A stretch of 63,632 bases of DNA, filler included, from Welwitschia mirabilis (taxonomy: Eukaryota): NCBI GenBank assembly GCA_051453625.1. It is 5 parts of one record of this genome, joined end to end, with 100 filler letters (N's around TTAATTAATTAA, not from the genome) between each part and the next. Parts side by side here need not be neighbours in the genome. Positions count along the whole stretch, not along the records: positions 1 to 21,944 come from JBOZIK010000001.1; positions 22,045 to 39,715 come from JBOZIK010000001.1; 3 more parts are not named here. One strand, given 5' to 3'. Of the stretch, positions 13,959 through 28,458 are shown piece after piece. The notes beneath the pieces were generated by a model that worked only from the letters and a program-made list of their open reading frames with translations, searched no databases and was not told the origin of the DNA. Made by a program: the position numbers and the translations under genes. Each line of letters starts with the position of its first letter. The stretch's first letter is position 1.

Positions 13959-14429
13959 AGGCTATAAGGAGTTTGAGGATTATCATTACCTAGATAAATG
14001 CTTTGAATTTCAATTTAGGTATTTGTTTGTGATATTATTATATTCTTATTACAAATATCATATTTTTTCTTCTTGCATTTTTCTTTTTTAAATTCGTGTT
14101 TTCTAAACTTATGATCCTGTCTGTCATCTAGAAGATATAGGGAATGATGATCTTCTTAGGTTTTTCTAAACTTGTGATCCTGTTAGGTTTTTTCTGATAT
14201 TTTTTTTAGTTTTTATTTTTTACCATAAAATAGCTTGCTATCATCTTCTTTGTCATTTAGATGACATAGGTGGATGACTATCAATTATTTTTTGCTTTAG
14301 TTCTATTACTGTTTTTCTTTATTCTTGGATTTCTATTTTCTATTTTGTATTTTTGGTTTTCTATGTAGTAGTCATCTAGGTAATTGTCCAGACGATGATA
14401 GAGATGATACTATAGAAACATCATTGAGC

Positions 14430-15340
14430 ATGCAAGAATGGGGTACACTCAAGTAAAAATATGAAGTATCAGAGGAACTAAAGACTAATTAAGGAAAATA
14501 TTAGAGAAGGTTTGGTTAACATCGAACTTAGCCTAAGTACATACACCTTAGATATGTAAAGACTTCCAAAAATTAAACAAACTTTTTCTAGCTTTCATTA
14601 TTTTAGAATCCAATTTTTTCAAAGAAAGTAACAGTGTGGGAGTGAATTATTTTTTTTTAAATCTATTTTAGATACAATACAAAAGCAAAAGCAAGTAGGA
14701 TCATCTAATACCCAATGATGATAAGAGCTTCTAATGTAAATACATCTAATGCAAATATTAAACTTAAAGATTTAATGGTCCATAGAAAACATGACATCCA
14801 AAACCCTTTTGACTTACTTTTCAATGATAAGGTAGAGTTAAAAAAATTTAAATATCTAACCAACATTTTTAAGACAACCTAATGAAGATCCTTTTCAACA
14901 TTTCGTTGACATAGAATAATTAGTGCTTATTTTAGGAAATAGAAAAAAACAAATTAGTGATAAAACCTACATGATTATGTTTCCTATCACACTTATAGAT
15001 AAAGCAAAACTTTAGCTTAAAACCATACCTTATAAAAGTATTAAAACCTGGAGTCAAGTATAAGATGTTTTTATCAAATGGTTCATGAGTGAGAGCACTA
15101 TGAGAAAAAGAAGAAAAGAAGTTACAAATTTCCAACCACAACCTAGTGAAGACTATGTCGTGATATATGAATAATTCATTATAACTACAAATTCCAAGTC
15201 CATTAATGAATTCCCTAAAGAGCAATTAATAGATTATTTTTATAGTGGGTTGATGGATGGTTATGTGGTGAAATAAATGCAAAAAATATTATAAAATAAT
15301 AAAAATAGTGCTAGAAAAATTTATAAACTATGCTGCTATT
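14430..15340 (+). pseudogene. Gypsy gag remnant of element A1
   Basis: PTF..PNEDPFQHF (~14860-14905) and QLIDYFYSGL (~15223-15252) resemble the gag at 20035-20520. Heavily disrupted. Confidence 0.7.
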
Positions 15341-16559
15341 AACCTTAAAAATATCACACCATTAGATAAAAATAATCAAAGGTTTACTAAAGAACTAGTT
15401 AATATTTAGCCATTTAGTTCAAAACGCATCATCACAATTATATCATAACAAAATTACTTGAACTAGTCAAGTTAGTTTATTACTACTAACTTGTTATGTA
15501 CATATATTATAATAAGAAGAAATGAAGAAAGTAATAAACCATGCTATAAATTAAATGAGATGCTAAACAATACTTATTTCTAATTGCTATTAATTATTCT
15601 AGTTTATGTTGAATTGCATAAATAGCAACAAATAGAAATAGTATTACCTTTTCAAGTAGTAGAACATGCACAAAATGATACTAGAAATATGATTTTTAGC
15701 TTAATACTAAAATATCAATTATTACATGAAGATGCAATATTGCGTTTACCTTTTTAGGTAATACTTTAGAGTATGGAAGATACTACTGCGCCCTTATTAT
15801 AATCCAAATTGTATGTTTTTAATGGGAAATTTTGAGTAGTTTTGTAAGAAATTTAGATAGGTTTAAGCACAAAACAACGATTATTGAGAGTTAAGGATAA
15901 AATTACAAAAATTCACAAATGCAAATTCTTTTGGATGAATTTAGGATTAATCCTAATAGTTCATATTTTCAGTAGAAAGTAANNNNNNNNNNNNNNNNNN
16001 NNNNNNNNNNNNNNNNNNNNNNNNNNNNNNNNNNNNNNNNNNNNNNNNNNNNNNNNNNNNNNNNNNNNNNNNNNNNNNNNNNNNNNNNNNNNNNNNNNNN
16101 NNNNNNNNNNNNNNNNNNNNNNNNNNNNNNNNNNNNNNNNNNNNNNNNNNNNNNNNNNNNNNNNNNNNNNNNNNNNNNNNNNNNNNNNNNNNNNNNNNNN
16201 NNNNNNNNNNNNNNNNNNNNNNNNNNNNNNNNNNNNNNNNNNNNNNNNNNNNNNNNNNNNNNNNNNNNNNNNNNNNNNNNNNNNNNNNNNNNNNNNNNNN
16301 NNNNNNNNNNNNNNNNNNNNNNNNNNNNNNNNNNNNNNNNNNNNNNNNNNNNNNNNNNNNNNNNNNNNNNNNNNNNNNNNNNNNNNNNNNNNNNNNNNNN
16401 NNNNNNNNNNNNNNNNNNNNNNNNNNNNNNNNNNNNNNNNNNNNNNNNNNNNNNNNNNNNNNNNNNNNNNNNNNNNNNNNNNNNNNNNNNNNNNNNNNNN
16501 NNNNNNNNNNNNNNNNNNNNNNNNNNNNNNNNNNNNNNNNNNNNNNNNNNNNNNNNNNN

Positions 16560-16933
16560 TACATGTTAACTAGGATGCTACTTGGATTGACATGGAGGTC
16601 AAATATTGACATGGCATTATCCCCACTATCATCTGGATGATACATAGGATGACAACTTAATTTGAGTTAATGTACCAAAATTTACCTAACTTGTGTAATG
16701 TACCATGCACTTTCTATGCATTGCTAGAGTTTTAGTTACATTAGTTAAATTTTCTATTTTTTAGTCTATTCTTACTTAATAAATACCAACTTTAGACTTG
16801 AATTCAATCATATTTATTTGTATCAAAAGTTCTTATAATAGAAAATCAAATGGCTAGAGGTCCATCCATTATTATTGTAGAGAGACATCTTCCTTCTTGT
16901 TGAACTGTGTATCCTTTATTAAGGTGCTACTAC
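16560..16933 (+). repeat. Family A LTR, copy A2, left part (interrupted by the family B element)
   Basis: tccat...attattgtagaga.acat...tgtgtatcctttatt.aggtgctactac matches 13271-13343. Homology resumes at 33170. Confidence 0.8.
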
Positions 16934-18638
16934 TATTGTGATCTTAAATTTTCATGTTTTAATAGTGTAATTGGTGATGTCTTACAGGGAATAGGAACTC
17001 AATTCAATCATTTTAAGGAATTTTATCGTGAAGTGATATAATAATCCAATTATACCCTTAAGTGCTATATTTTCATCCATAAAAATAGGAATTTAACTAA
17101 GGAGAAGAGTGGAGTAAAGAGAGGAAAAAAGCCTATTAAAATAACTATTGTCCCTTTATCATCTCCATAATAGAGGACATGAAGGGTTGTCATGTAATAT
17201 GTCATCCTCGTGACTACAGTAACATGACAATGCCATGAGGTCTTCTTAATTGGGTCAATTAAGGTCTAGTTTACACCTAATAATACTTCTTCGCTTGTAT
17301 TGATCTTCATGACCTATAACCATATTAGGAAAGATATAAAAACCACCATTTGGAATTATTTAATCATTTTTTGGTGTTGGAGGATTGGTGAGAAAGGTAT
17401 CTAAGGAGTCAAGGATCCATTTCAACATAAGAGAGATTATTCTTGATGATTAGGCTCTGCTTCTGACATTGAGGAGTCATTGCCTTGCTGAGGTATTTAT
17501 AAGACATTCATTTATTTAATAAAATATCTTTCTTCCTCNNNNNNNNNNNNNNNNNNNNNNNNNNNNNNNNNNNNNNNNNNNNNNNNNNNNNNNNNNNNNN
17601 NNNNNNNNNNNNNNNNNNNNNNNNNNNNNNNNNNNNNNTCTTCCTCAATTCTTATGATTTCTCTTATGGCTTGTGTTGAAGTTTGATTAATGCTATTTCC
17701 TAGATTAATTCTGAATTAAACATAGGTCATAAGGGCTGTGTTGGATGACAACAACTTAGAAACTTGGTCATCATAGGCTTGTATCTTATCTCTCTTTCAT
17801 TTTTGCATTGCACATTAGAATAGCTACATTGTCAATTTCCCTTTTTACATTACAAAAACATAAAATTTATCAAAAATATTGGATTGAAATTAAAGNNNNN
17901 NNNNNNNNNNNNNNNNNNNNNNNNNNNNNNNNNNNNNNNNNNNNNNNNNNNNNNNNNNNNNNNNNNNNNNNNNNNNNNNNNNNNNNNNNNNNNNNCAAAC
18001 TTTGTAACCTATAACCACCTTAGGAAAACTATAAAAACCCCCATTTAACATCATTTAGTCATCTTTTGAAATTGGAGGATTGGTTGAAAAGGCATCCAAG
18101 GAGTGAAGGACCCATTCTAGCATAAGAGAGATCATTCTTAATGATTAGGCTATGATTCTGATATTGAGGAGTCACTACCCTGCTGAGCTATTTGTAAGAC
18201 ATTTCATTTATTTAATAAAATTTATTTCTTCTTTAATTCTTATTATTTCTCTTATGGCTTATGTTTAAGTTTGATTAATACTATTACCTAGATTAATTCT
18301 GAATTAAACATAGGTCATAAGGGCTAAGTTGGATGATAACAACTAAGAAACTTGATTATCATAGGTTGCATCCCATATCTTTTTCATTTTTGCATTACAT
18401 ATTAGAATAGTTTCATTGTCAATTTTCCTTCTCACATTACAAAAATACAAAATTAATCAAAAAGATTAAACTAAAATTAAAGTTTTTATTCTTTATTGTC
18501 TATGTGCTTGATTAGAATATTATCTTATGCTCTCTAGATTATGAAATTCATTAGTTGAATTACTCTATACTAAGCCTAGTTGCAATTTCATTATTTCAAG
18601 AATTGACTATTCTTAAAGTGCAATTTAGGCCACAAACA
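16934..18638 (+). repeat. Family B 5' LTR (two overlapping diverged pieces across gaps)
   Basis: Starts tattgtgatc (TG decayed to TA), ends ggccacaaaCA, homologous to 31968-33169. Confidence 0.85.
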
Positions 18639-18641
18639 TTT

Positions 18642-18659
18642 TGGCACTATTGCTGGGGA
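18642..18659 (+). promoter_or_regulatory. Athila-type PBS (tRNA-Asp type)
   Basis: tggcactattgctgggga matches TGGCGCCGTTGCCGGGGA at 14/18; all mismatches are transitions at CG/CCG sites. Confidence 0.85.
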
Positions 18660-19937
18660 GCATCAAAACAAGCTATTAAGTACATTCAAACCAAAAGTAA
18701 ATGGATTGAATTTATACTATCATTACCTCTATTTGCTTTTGATTTTTATCTAATACCTATTAGTGAAATGTACTTACCTTGAGGAGATTACCTAAGGAGA
18801 TCTACTTGCCTTTTGATCAAAGGAATGGTTATCTCTAAGGTCTACCCCTATCTAAGTAATATTATTCACCTTTAGAGGGTAGCACATTGTTTCTACTTCT
18901 TGTTTATATTGTGTACCCTTTTTATTATAAATTGTCTCTTCTTTTCCTATTCTCTTTTTCATGCAATAATTTTCCCTTGATAGGCCTACCTTCTTACACT
19001 TTATGCAATCTGGAAGGATTAGCACATAGCAAAAAGCCTTTTTATGTCTTTTTCTTAGGTCCTAAGTGAAGATTCCAAGAAGAAACATCACTATTAATCA
19101 TTGGGTCTACTCCTTGCACTTTAATGTGATCCTGGAGATTACCTACAATGGTTTTGAGTTAAAAGGTTGGNNNNNNNNNNNNNNNNNNNNNNNNNNNNNN
19201 NNNNNNNNNNNNNNNNNNNNNNNNNNNNNNNNNNNNNNNNNNNNNNNNNNNNNNNNNNNNNNNNNNNNNNTGTTTATATTGTGTACCCTTTTTATTATAA
19301 ATTGTCTCTTCTTTTCCTATTCTCTTTTTTATGCAATAATTTTCCCTTGATAGGCCTACCTTTTTACACTTTATGCAATCTAGAAGGATTAGCACATAGC
19401 AAAAAGCCTTTTTATGTCTTTTTCTTGAGTCCTAAGTGAAGATTCCAAGAAGAAACATCACTCTTAATCATTGAGTCTACTCCTTTCACTTTAATGTGAT
19501 CCTAAAGGTTACCTACAATGGTTTTGAGTTAANNNNNNNNNNNNNNNNNNNNNNNNNNNNNNNNNNNNNNNNNNNNNNNNNNNNNNNNNNNNNNNNNNNN
19601 NNNNNNNNNNNNNNNNNNNNNNNNNNNNNNNNNNNNNNNNNNNNNNNNNNNNNNNNNNNNNNNNNNNNNNNNNNNNNNNNNNNNNNNNNNNNNNNNNNNN
19701 NNNNNNNNNNNNNNNNNNNNNNNNNNNNNNNNNNNNNNNNNNNNNNNNNNNNNNNNNNNNNNNNNNNNNNNNNNNNNNNNNNNNNNNNNNNNNNNNNNNN
19801 NNNNNNNNNNNNNNNNNNNNNNNNNNNNNNNNNNNNNNNNNNNNNNNNNNNNNNNNNNNNNNNNNNNNNNNNNNNNNNNNNNNNNNNNNNNNNNNNNNNN
19901 NNNNNNNNNNNNNNNNNNNNNNNNNNNNNNNNNNNNN

Positions 19938-21944
19938 CAACCAACTCTCAAAGATAAATATGGACCAAAACTTAGAGAAACTCATAATCCTTTTGACCTT
20001 CCTGTTGGGGATGACATAGAAATTAAAAATCTTAATGCCTATCCCTCTTTATATGGAGAAACTCATGAAGATCCTTATGAACACATCCCTGCCATTGAAA
20101 AAATTGATTCTCAGGTGTAATGAAAAGAAACCTATAACTGATGGAAACTATATGATAATATTTCTTTATACATTTAGTGGAAAATCAAAGAATTGGCTTA
20201 AAACCTTATCCTACAAAATTCTCAAGACTTGGAAGGATAGCAAAGAAAGCTTCATCAAATGATTCCTTAGTGAAAACACTTTGAGACAAAGACCTCGTGA
20301 GATAATAAATTTTCAATAGAAAGACAATGAGGATTATGTTTTATCTTGGAAAAGATTCTTAATTTTAGTTTTAACCAATTCCATAGATGAATTTCAATAA
20401 AAGGAATTAATCTATCATTTTTACAATGGCCTCATTAGTGCAAGAAAACAAATGGTAGATCTTTCTTATGAAGAGAGTTTATTTCAACACACAACTGATG
20501 AAGCATGGAAATATTTACAAGACTTATTTGAACTTATCCAAGCATGACCTAAGCTTAGAGAAAAGAAAACTCTCAAGTAATCTTTGAGAGAAATCCATCA
20601 TATCAAACATCGAGAGGACAAATAAAAATAACTCATTTATGAAGATGAAGATAGTAGTAACAATGAAAACCCACTTGTAAGGAGAATGGTAAAAGAAATC
20701 CAATAGGTGAAATTAGCAAAGGCCCATACCCTATCAAATCCTACTTGTGAATTATGTGAATAAAATCACTTAGTCACTAAATGTTCATTTTTCCCAACTT
20801 TGAAGGAAGTAGTAAGGGAATAAGTGTGCTATGAAAATCAATCAGATCCTAATTACTAAAAAGGACCTTACCATAATGAGAAAAAGCCTTACCATCAGTT
20901 AGGTCCTTCTTTTAAACCTAAGTATAAACCATCCTTTAAACAACCATATAACCCAAGATATGAAGGATACAATCAACATAAAGAGGATCTAATTAAGGAA
21001 GCTCTAACAGAGATAAAAATCATCCATGAACAAACACATAAAGAGTATTAAGTAAACACAAAAAAGTATACAAGATTTGACTAAAATCATATAACAAATT
21101 ATGTTAGCTAACCAAAGACCTCAAGGCACATTATTTTCTAATACATTTTTTAACCTCAACAATGTGAATAAGGATTGTAAGGTAGTCACTCAAAGAGGTA
21201 CTAATACTACACCTAAAGAGATATTTACAAATAATGATATTGAAGAAAAAAAGATGAATATGTAGAGATTCTNNNNNNNNNNNNNNNNNNNNNNNNNNNN
21301 NNNNNNNNNNNNNNNNNNNNNNNNNNNNNNNNNNNNNNNNNNNNNNNNNNNNNNNNNNNNNNNNNNNNNNNNAACACAAAAAAGTATACAAGATTTGACT
21401 AAAATTATACAACAAATTATGTTAGATAACCAAAGACCTTAAGGCACATTATTTTCTAATACATTTTCTAACCTCAACAATGTAAATAAGGATTGTAAGG
21501 TAGTCACTGAAAGAGGTACTACAACTACACCTAAAGAGATATTTACAAATAATGATATTGAAGAAAAAAGATGAAGATGTAGAGATTCTTAATGAGACAC
21601 ACTTTCCTTTCACTTCCATTCCAACCAATAAGAATGGATCACTAAACAAAGGAATAAAAAATCTTATCCTTGATTAAATAGACTCAACTATAATCCAACT
21701 TATAATGAGTATAATAAAATAATTATAAAAGATGTTAATGTCACACTACCATTTTGGAGCATACTTCATGATAAACCTAGGTATGCTAAAGTATGAAAGG
21801 ATCTTTGTATGAGGAAGTAAAAACATACATTGTAGAGTGTTTTTAGCTAATCTATAACCAACTTGATGATGTAAAAATGTCTAGAATTCAAATATTCAGG
21901 GGAGAAACCATTAGTATGATCTTAAAAAAAAACAAAAAGATTAA
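19938..21944 (+). pseudogene. Gypsy gag remnant of element B
   Basis: YGETHEDPYEHI, LYTFSGKSKNWLKTL...TWKDSKESFIK, SWKRF, ELIYHFYNGL, CELC..NH....C knuckle, P.YAK..KDLC. Confidence 0.85.
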
Positions 21945-21988
21945 NNNNNNNNNNNNNNNNNNNNNNNNNNNNNNNNNNNNNNNNNNNN

Positions 21989-22000
21989 TTAATTAATTAA
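21989..22000. other. Synthetic linker TTAATTAATTAA inside an N-run (also 39760-39771, 56263-56274, 60587-60598)
   Basis: Identical 12-mer centred in a 100-nt block with 44 N on each side; gives stop codons in all six frames. Confidence 0.95.
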
Positions 22001-22044
22001 NNNNNNNNNNNNNNNNNNNNNNNNNNNNNNNNNNNNNNNNNNNN

Positions 22045-25000
22045 ATTTTTGATGATATGAAGGAGTTTTCAACAATCTTAGGTAGTCTTAATTCCATCAA
22101 CCCTTGCGAACTTGAGAGTAATCTACAACCTTTGATGGAAGAAACATTTGAGGCCATCACCACCCAAGACATTGAGGAAGTAAGAGCCATAGAGATAACT
22201 TTTGATGAGGATGGTTATGCAACTCCAAATAAGCATGAAGAAATCAACTCTAAGATGAATTTGAAGGAGCTTAAAAAGGAATTAAAATAAATTTTTATCA
22301 ACAACAATCCTAAAAAGCCACTAATCATTAATAGTCATCTCTATCCCAGCAAGTCTTAGTATCACTTCTCACATCTAAATCTGAAGATTTTTCTTGGAGT
22401 CACAAGGACCTATATCCTATTCCAAAACATATTGTGCAATACAAGTTATACCTAGAGAATAATTCAAAATCCATAAGGTGACCTCAAAGACATTTAAATC
22501 CAGCACTAAAATAAGTAATTAAAGATGCGATCATTAAACTTTTAGATAATGACATCATTTATCCTATAAGCAATAGTGAGTAGATTAGCCCATTAACTGC
22601 AGTACCTAAGAAAGGTGGTAAGTGGAGAGTATGTATAGAATTTTGAAGACTTAATAAAATAACTAAAAAGGATCATTACTCTCTATCTTTTCTTGATCAA
22701 ATATTGTATAGAATACAAGGACATGCATTCTACTGTTTCCTTAATGATTCTAGTGGATACAACCAAGTATGTATTGCAAATGAAGATCAATGAAAAATCA
22801 CTTTCACTTCCTTTTTTGGTACTTATGCTTTTAGAAGGATGACTTTTGGTTTATGCAATGCTCTAGGTACCTTTCAACATGCTATAATGGGTATTTTTAG
22901 TGACCTTGTAGAAAACTCCATCAAAATTTTCATGGATGATTTTTTTAGTTTTTGGAGATTCTTTTGATTAAACTTTGAATTTGGAGATTCTTTTGATTAA
23001 ATTTTGAATCATTTAGCATAAGTCTTAGAATGATGTATTGAGAGTGTACTTCATCTTAGTTGGAAAAAGAGCCAATTAATGGTTAATTAAGTGATAGTTT
23101 TAGGACATCATATTTCAATGAGAGGTATACAAATAGACCCATCAAAAATTGATGTAATAAAAAATCTTTCACCACCTTATAACATAAAATAACTTTGATC
23201 ATTTTTGGAACATTGTGGACTTTATCATAGATTCATTTAAGGATATGCAAAAATTTGTAAGTCACTTCATCAACTTTTGAAAAAAGATGATAAATACGAA
23301 TGGAGTGATGAATGCCAACAAGCCTTTAAGAATCTTAAAATTTCCATTATCAATGAACCCATAGTAAGTGGACCAGATTGAAATAAGGACTTTCANNNNN
23401 NNNNNTATTAGGACAAAAACATAAGAAAGGAATGAAAGTAATTAACTATATTTGTAAAACCCTTTCTAGTGCTCAACTCAACTACACAACTACTGAAAAG
23501 GAGATGCTAGTAATTATATTATATTTAGATAAACTTTGATATTACCTCCTTGGTTTTCATACTTATGTTTATATAGATCATTCTTTCCTTAGATATTTAA
23601 TAATAAAGAAAGATTTTAGTACATGCTTGATGTAATGGATACTTTTATTACAAGAATTCAATTTGATGATAGTGGATAAAGCAAGAAAAAAATCNNNNNN
23701 NNNNNNNNNNNNNNNNNNNNNNNNNNNNNNNNNNNNNNNNNNNNNNNNNNNNNNNNNNNNNNNNNNNNNNNNNNNNNNNNNNNNNNNNNNNNNNAAAAAC
23801 ATAAGAAAAGGATGAAAGTAATTAGCTATATTAGTAAAACCCTTTCTAGTGCTCAACTCAACTACACAACTACTGAAAAGGAGATGCTAGTAATTATATT
23901 TTATCTAGATAAACTTTAATATTACCTCCTTGGTTTTCATACTTATGTTTATATAGATCATTCTGCCCTTAGATATTTAATGATAAAGAAATATTTTAGT
24001 ACATGCTTGATGTGATGGATACTTTTATTACAAGAATTCAATTTGATGATAGTGGATAAAGCAAGAAAAAAATCTAGTAGATGATCATCTTTCTAAAATT
24101 CCTTCAGATACTTATCCTAATTATTCTGATCAAAATATTTAAGATGGCTTCCTAGATGAACAACTTTTTATGGTTGAACCATTTGTGAATTTAAAACAAC
24201 CTACTTCTTAGTATGCTGATATCATGAATTATCTTTTCACACTTAAAACACCTTCTCATTAGAATAGAAACCAACAAAAATATTTCCTACATAGGATAGA
24301 TGACTATGAATGGATCGAACTACATCTGTATAGGAGATGCAAAGATTAAATCATGTGCAAATGTATTCCTGAATGGAAGCAAAAATACATCATTATTCTT
24401 TGTCATGATGGGATTCNNNNNNNNNNNNNNNNNNNNNNNNNNNNNNNNNNNNNNNNNNNNNNNNNNNNNNNNNNNNNNNNNNNNNNNNNNNNNNNNNNNN
24501 NNNNNNNNNNNNNNNNAAAAAAGACATCATTATTCTTTGTCATGATGGGATTCATGGAGGTCATTTTATTGGCCAAAATACTGCTATGAAAATATTATGT
24601 TCAAAATTCTATTGGCCTTCTGTATTGAAAGATGCCTTTGACTTTGCTAAGAAGTGTGATTCTTGTTAATAATCTAGAGGTCTTACTCAAACTCATGACA
24701 TGCCTTTTTTATGTATCTTATAATGTAAAACTTTTGATTCTTTAAGTATAAACTTTATAGATACTCTCAAACCCCCTTCATATGGAAAGCATTATATCTT
24801 AGTAGCAGCCGATTATGTAATGAAATGGATTGAAGCTATTCCTACACAGACTTATGATGTAAAAACTATTTGCTAATTTCTTATATCAAACATCTTTTAA
24901 AGATTTGAATTTCCTAGGATTCTCATTTTTGGTCAAGGTACTTACTTTATCAATAAGATCCTTAGGAAACTCTTACTTTCAATTTGGATTGAACATACAA

Positions 25001-25660
25001 TAGCTAACTCTTACCATTCATAATCAAATGGGTAAGCTAAAAATGCTAATTGCAAGATCAAGAAAGTACTCTTAAAACTCTATCACAAGTCTTCAAAATA
25101 ATGGACACTTCATCTTAATGATGTCCTTTGGGCTTATCATACAACTTGCCATAGTTATTTAGATTTCTTGCTTTATGAACTTGTCTACGAAAAAACATGT
25201 GTGCTTCCAATTGATGTGTGTTATAATTCTTACAACACAGTTCATCAACTTAATCTTGTTTCTCATGCTGACAATCTTTAAGCATGATTAACCCAATTAA
25301 ATTACCTTGATGAAAAGAGAATTCATGCTCTTCATCACCCACTTATAGTTAAAGCCCAAGCCAAACATGAACATGATAAAAACCTTGTGAATAAAGACTT
25401 TCACCCTGGTCAGTATGTTCTACTCTTTAATGCTAGAGTTTATTTCATTCATAACTAATTTAATTTTAGATAGTTAGATCCATATATAATTAAAAAAGTG
25501 CATTCCATGGTTTAATTGAGATTTTTAACCTAAAAACTAATAAATAATGAAGGTAAATAAACAACATTTTAAGCATTATCAGTCACCTAATGATTGATCT
25601 TACTCAGTCAACATGATAGAAGTAGTTAAGTTAGAGAATCCTCTCCTTGAAAAAGAGGAG
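22045..25660 (+). pseudogene. Gypsy pol remnant (RT, RNase H, integrase) of element B
   Basis: VPKKGGKWRVCIEF.RLN..TKKDHY, SGYNQV, FGTYAFRRMTFGLCNA, IFMDDF (~22925-22945), QLNYTTTEKEML, HGGHF, DYVMKWIEAIP, HLNDVLWAY. Numerous stops. Confidence 0.95.
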
Positions 25661-26872
25661 TCCCTTTTCTTTGTTATTGTCTAGATGAATTCTTATCTTT
25701 ATTCATCTTGGATTTGTTAGACAACTTGTTCATCTTTTACATGACTAATGCTTCATCATTAAGATTCATAATGTTCAACAAGTAATGAGTTTGACTTTAT
25801 TCAAACTTAAGGTATTTAAATACCTATGAATCTTTGATGCTCATCAATTACCTCATTAGAAAAATGAAAATACTTTCAAAAGAAAAGAAATAATGTTTAT
25901 TTCCATGGTGTACTACCACAAGTGCACCAAAGGAATAGTTGGCTTTTGGGTTCATTCTCATTTGGTAATGTGATATGGTAGCTGTGAAGACTTTAGCTAG
26001 GGAATAATTAGTCATGATCAGGTTTTTACTTGTGGATCCCTTCTTNNNNNNNNNNNNNNNNNNNNNNNNNNNNNNNNNNNNNNNNNNNNNNNNNNNNNNN
26101 NNNNNNNNNNNNNNNNNNNNNNNNNNNNNNNNNNNNNNNNNNNNNNNNNNNNNNNNNNNNAAAGCACTCAAAAATTTCTATGAGTACCTTTATGGTCATC
26201 TCTTCATAATCACTTACTTCAGAATCTATTATCTTTAAAGTATTATGTCATGTATATCTTTCACATTAATTCATCTGACAATTATTCTATATGGGTCTTA
26301 TCAGATTGGCATCTAGAATAAAGGAACCAACCTTCTTCATGTTATTTAAATCCATTTCTTTTATACTTCAATAGTTCAGTAAAAAATTCTCAAAATGAAA
26401 TTGTATTCATTTAAAATTCTTATTGGGTTTAATTCTTTAGTTAAATCAAGTTATCCATCATGAACTCTATGCATTTTATCATTCAACTACTAGCCTTGGA
26501 AAATATTNNNNNNNNNNNNNNNNNNNNNNNNNNNNNNNNNNNNNNNNNNNNNNNNNNNNNNNNNNNNNNNNNNNNNNNNNNNNNNNNNNNNNNNNNNNNN
26601 NNNNNNNTAGTTAAATCAAGTTATCCATCATGAACTCTATGCATTTTATCATTCAACTACTAGCCTTGGAAAATATTGTGAACATGCTAGGGATCAATTT
26701 TTTACATTTCATCTTTAATTTGTAATGTCCAGTTGTTATGTCCCTATTACCTCACAACCCATTTTTACCTTAAATTTCTATTTTGCCTAATTATTATTAA
26801 GCTTTTCTAATATTCATATGAGTACCTTATTTTAAAATTTAAATTTATATTATGCACATGCCTTTAAAGTAC

Positions 26873-27012
26873 CTATCATGCCTTATGTCATTTCCATGAT
26901 TAAGGCCACGATAGTTGTTGCAATATTGTCATGCCTCATGTCGTTACCATGACACAGGCCATGATAGTTGTTGTAGTACAGTCATGCCTTAAGTCATCCC
27001 CATAACATAAGA
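26873..27012 (+). repeat. ~53-bp tandem repeat (about 2.5 units) in the pol-env spacer
   Basis: Unit gtcatgcctcatgtcgttaccatgacacaggccatgatagttgttg.a.ta.., gap-free, with transition differences between units. Confidence 0.75.
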
Positions 27013-28458
27013 AATGACATCAAATTTCATATCCTTCTAAATTCACTACATAATTCATGACTCTAACCCTCCTCTCAGTTAGAAAACTTAAAAGCACTTA
27101 AATTTGGATCAGCTTAAAATTGAGAAATTGGCTAAAATATCAAAATTTTCTTAGACTTCTGCCTTCAAATGCTATTTTTGGCCACTTGGATAAATTAATC
27201 ATTTTCTTCACAAACCACTTAGCTAGGATCCATGATTTATTATTAACTTTGAGCCTAGTTTAATAAAAATTTAAAGGCCTACATTCATCATATTGGCATT
27301 TTCATAATTTCTGAGCACAATGTTAAATTTCATAAAAACTAAGTTTATGATTTAAATTCCCTCCATTATTAAGGTCTAACTTTAAAATCTAGATTCAATT
27401 TGAATCTAGGGAGGTTGTCATTTGGGATGTCCTCCCATGACATAGGGGACGATGACCGTAATTNNNNNNNNNNNNNNNNNNNNNNNNNNNNNNNNNNNNN
27501 NNNNNNNNNNNNNNNNNNNNNNNNNNNNNNNNNNNNNNNNNNNNNNNNNNNNNNNNNNNNNNNCATTATTAAGGTCTAACTTTAAAATCTAGATTTAATT
27601 TGAATCTAGGGAGGTTGTCATTTGGGATGACATAGGGAAAGATGATTGTAATTTGTGGTCTCAGGTTTTTTGTATGGTCATTCTTAGTGTCATTCACACG
27701 ACTAACCAAATGACACATATGTCATTGTTAACATTGTTCTAATGACATGAGGGATGACAACGTGACACATTTTTTATATATCCCTCTTTCTTCCTCATTT
27801 TTNNNNNNNNNNNNNNNNNNNNNNNNNNNNNNNNNNNNNNNNNNNNNNNNNNNNNNNNNNNNNNNNNNAGTAATTCAGTCATATTTTATTAAAATAAGAT
27901 AATTCTTCACCTTTTCCATGGTTTCAAATTTCTGAATTTTGCTTATTTCTTTTATCATAGGCCATATCAGATGATTTCTCTTCATACCGACCTATATTTT
28001 TGGCCAATCTATGCTTAGAAAATTATGGAATCAAATTTCATCTACTAAATTTAAAGCTATGAGTATTTTCTTTTAAAATTCTATGTTTTTTTACGTTTTA
28101 GNNNNNNNNNNNNNNNNNNNNNNNNNNNNNNNNNNNNNNNNNNNNNNNNNNNNNNNNNNNNNNNNNNNNNNNNNNNNNNNNNNNNNNNNNNNNNNNNNNN
28201 NCATCTACTAAATTTAAAGCTATGAGCATTTTCTTCTAAAATTCTATGTTTTTTACGTTTTAGATTTTTTTCTCATTATGCACTCAATTCATAGTATTTT
28301 TGTCATGTTAGGTGTCAAATCGATCCTTGTTTCATTAGCTATGATCTGGTTCTTATAGGAGAATATTTAATTGCCTATAAATAAAGTTATGAATATTTTT
28401 CCATTTTTTTTAAAGTGGAACATATATATTTTATTGGATTTCTTCATGTAGTAACATA

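Noticed and set aside
21945-22044. Recurrent palindrome TTAATTAATTAA at four sites
   Set aside because: Always centred in N44-12mer-N44; a synthetic six-frame-stop linker, not biology. Adjacency across these linkers is unproven.
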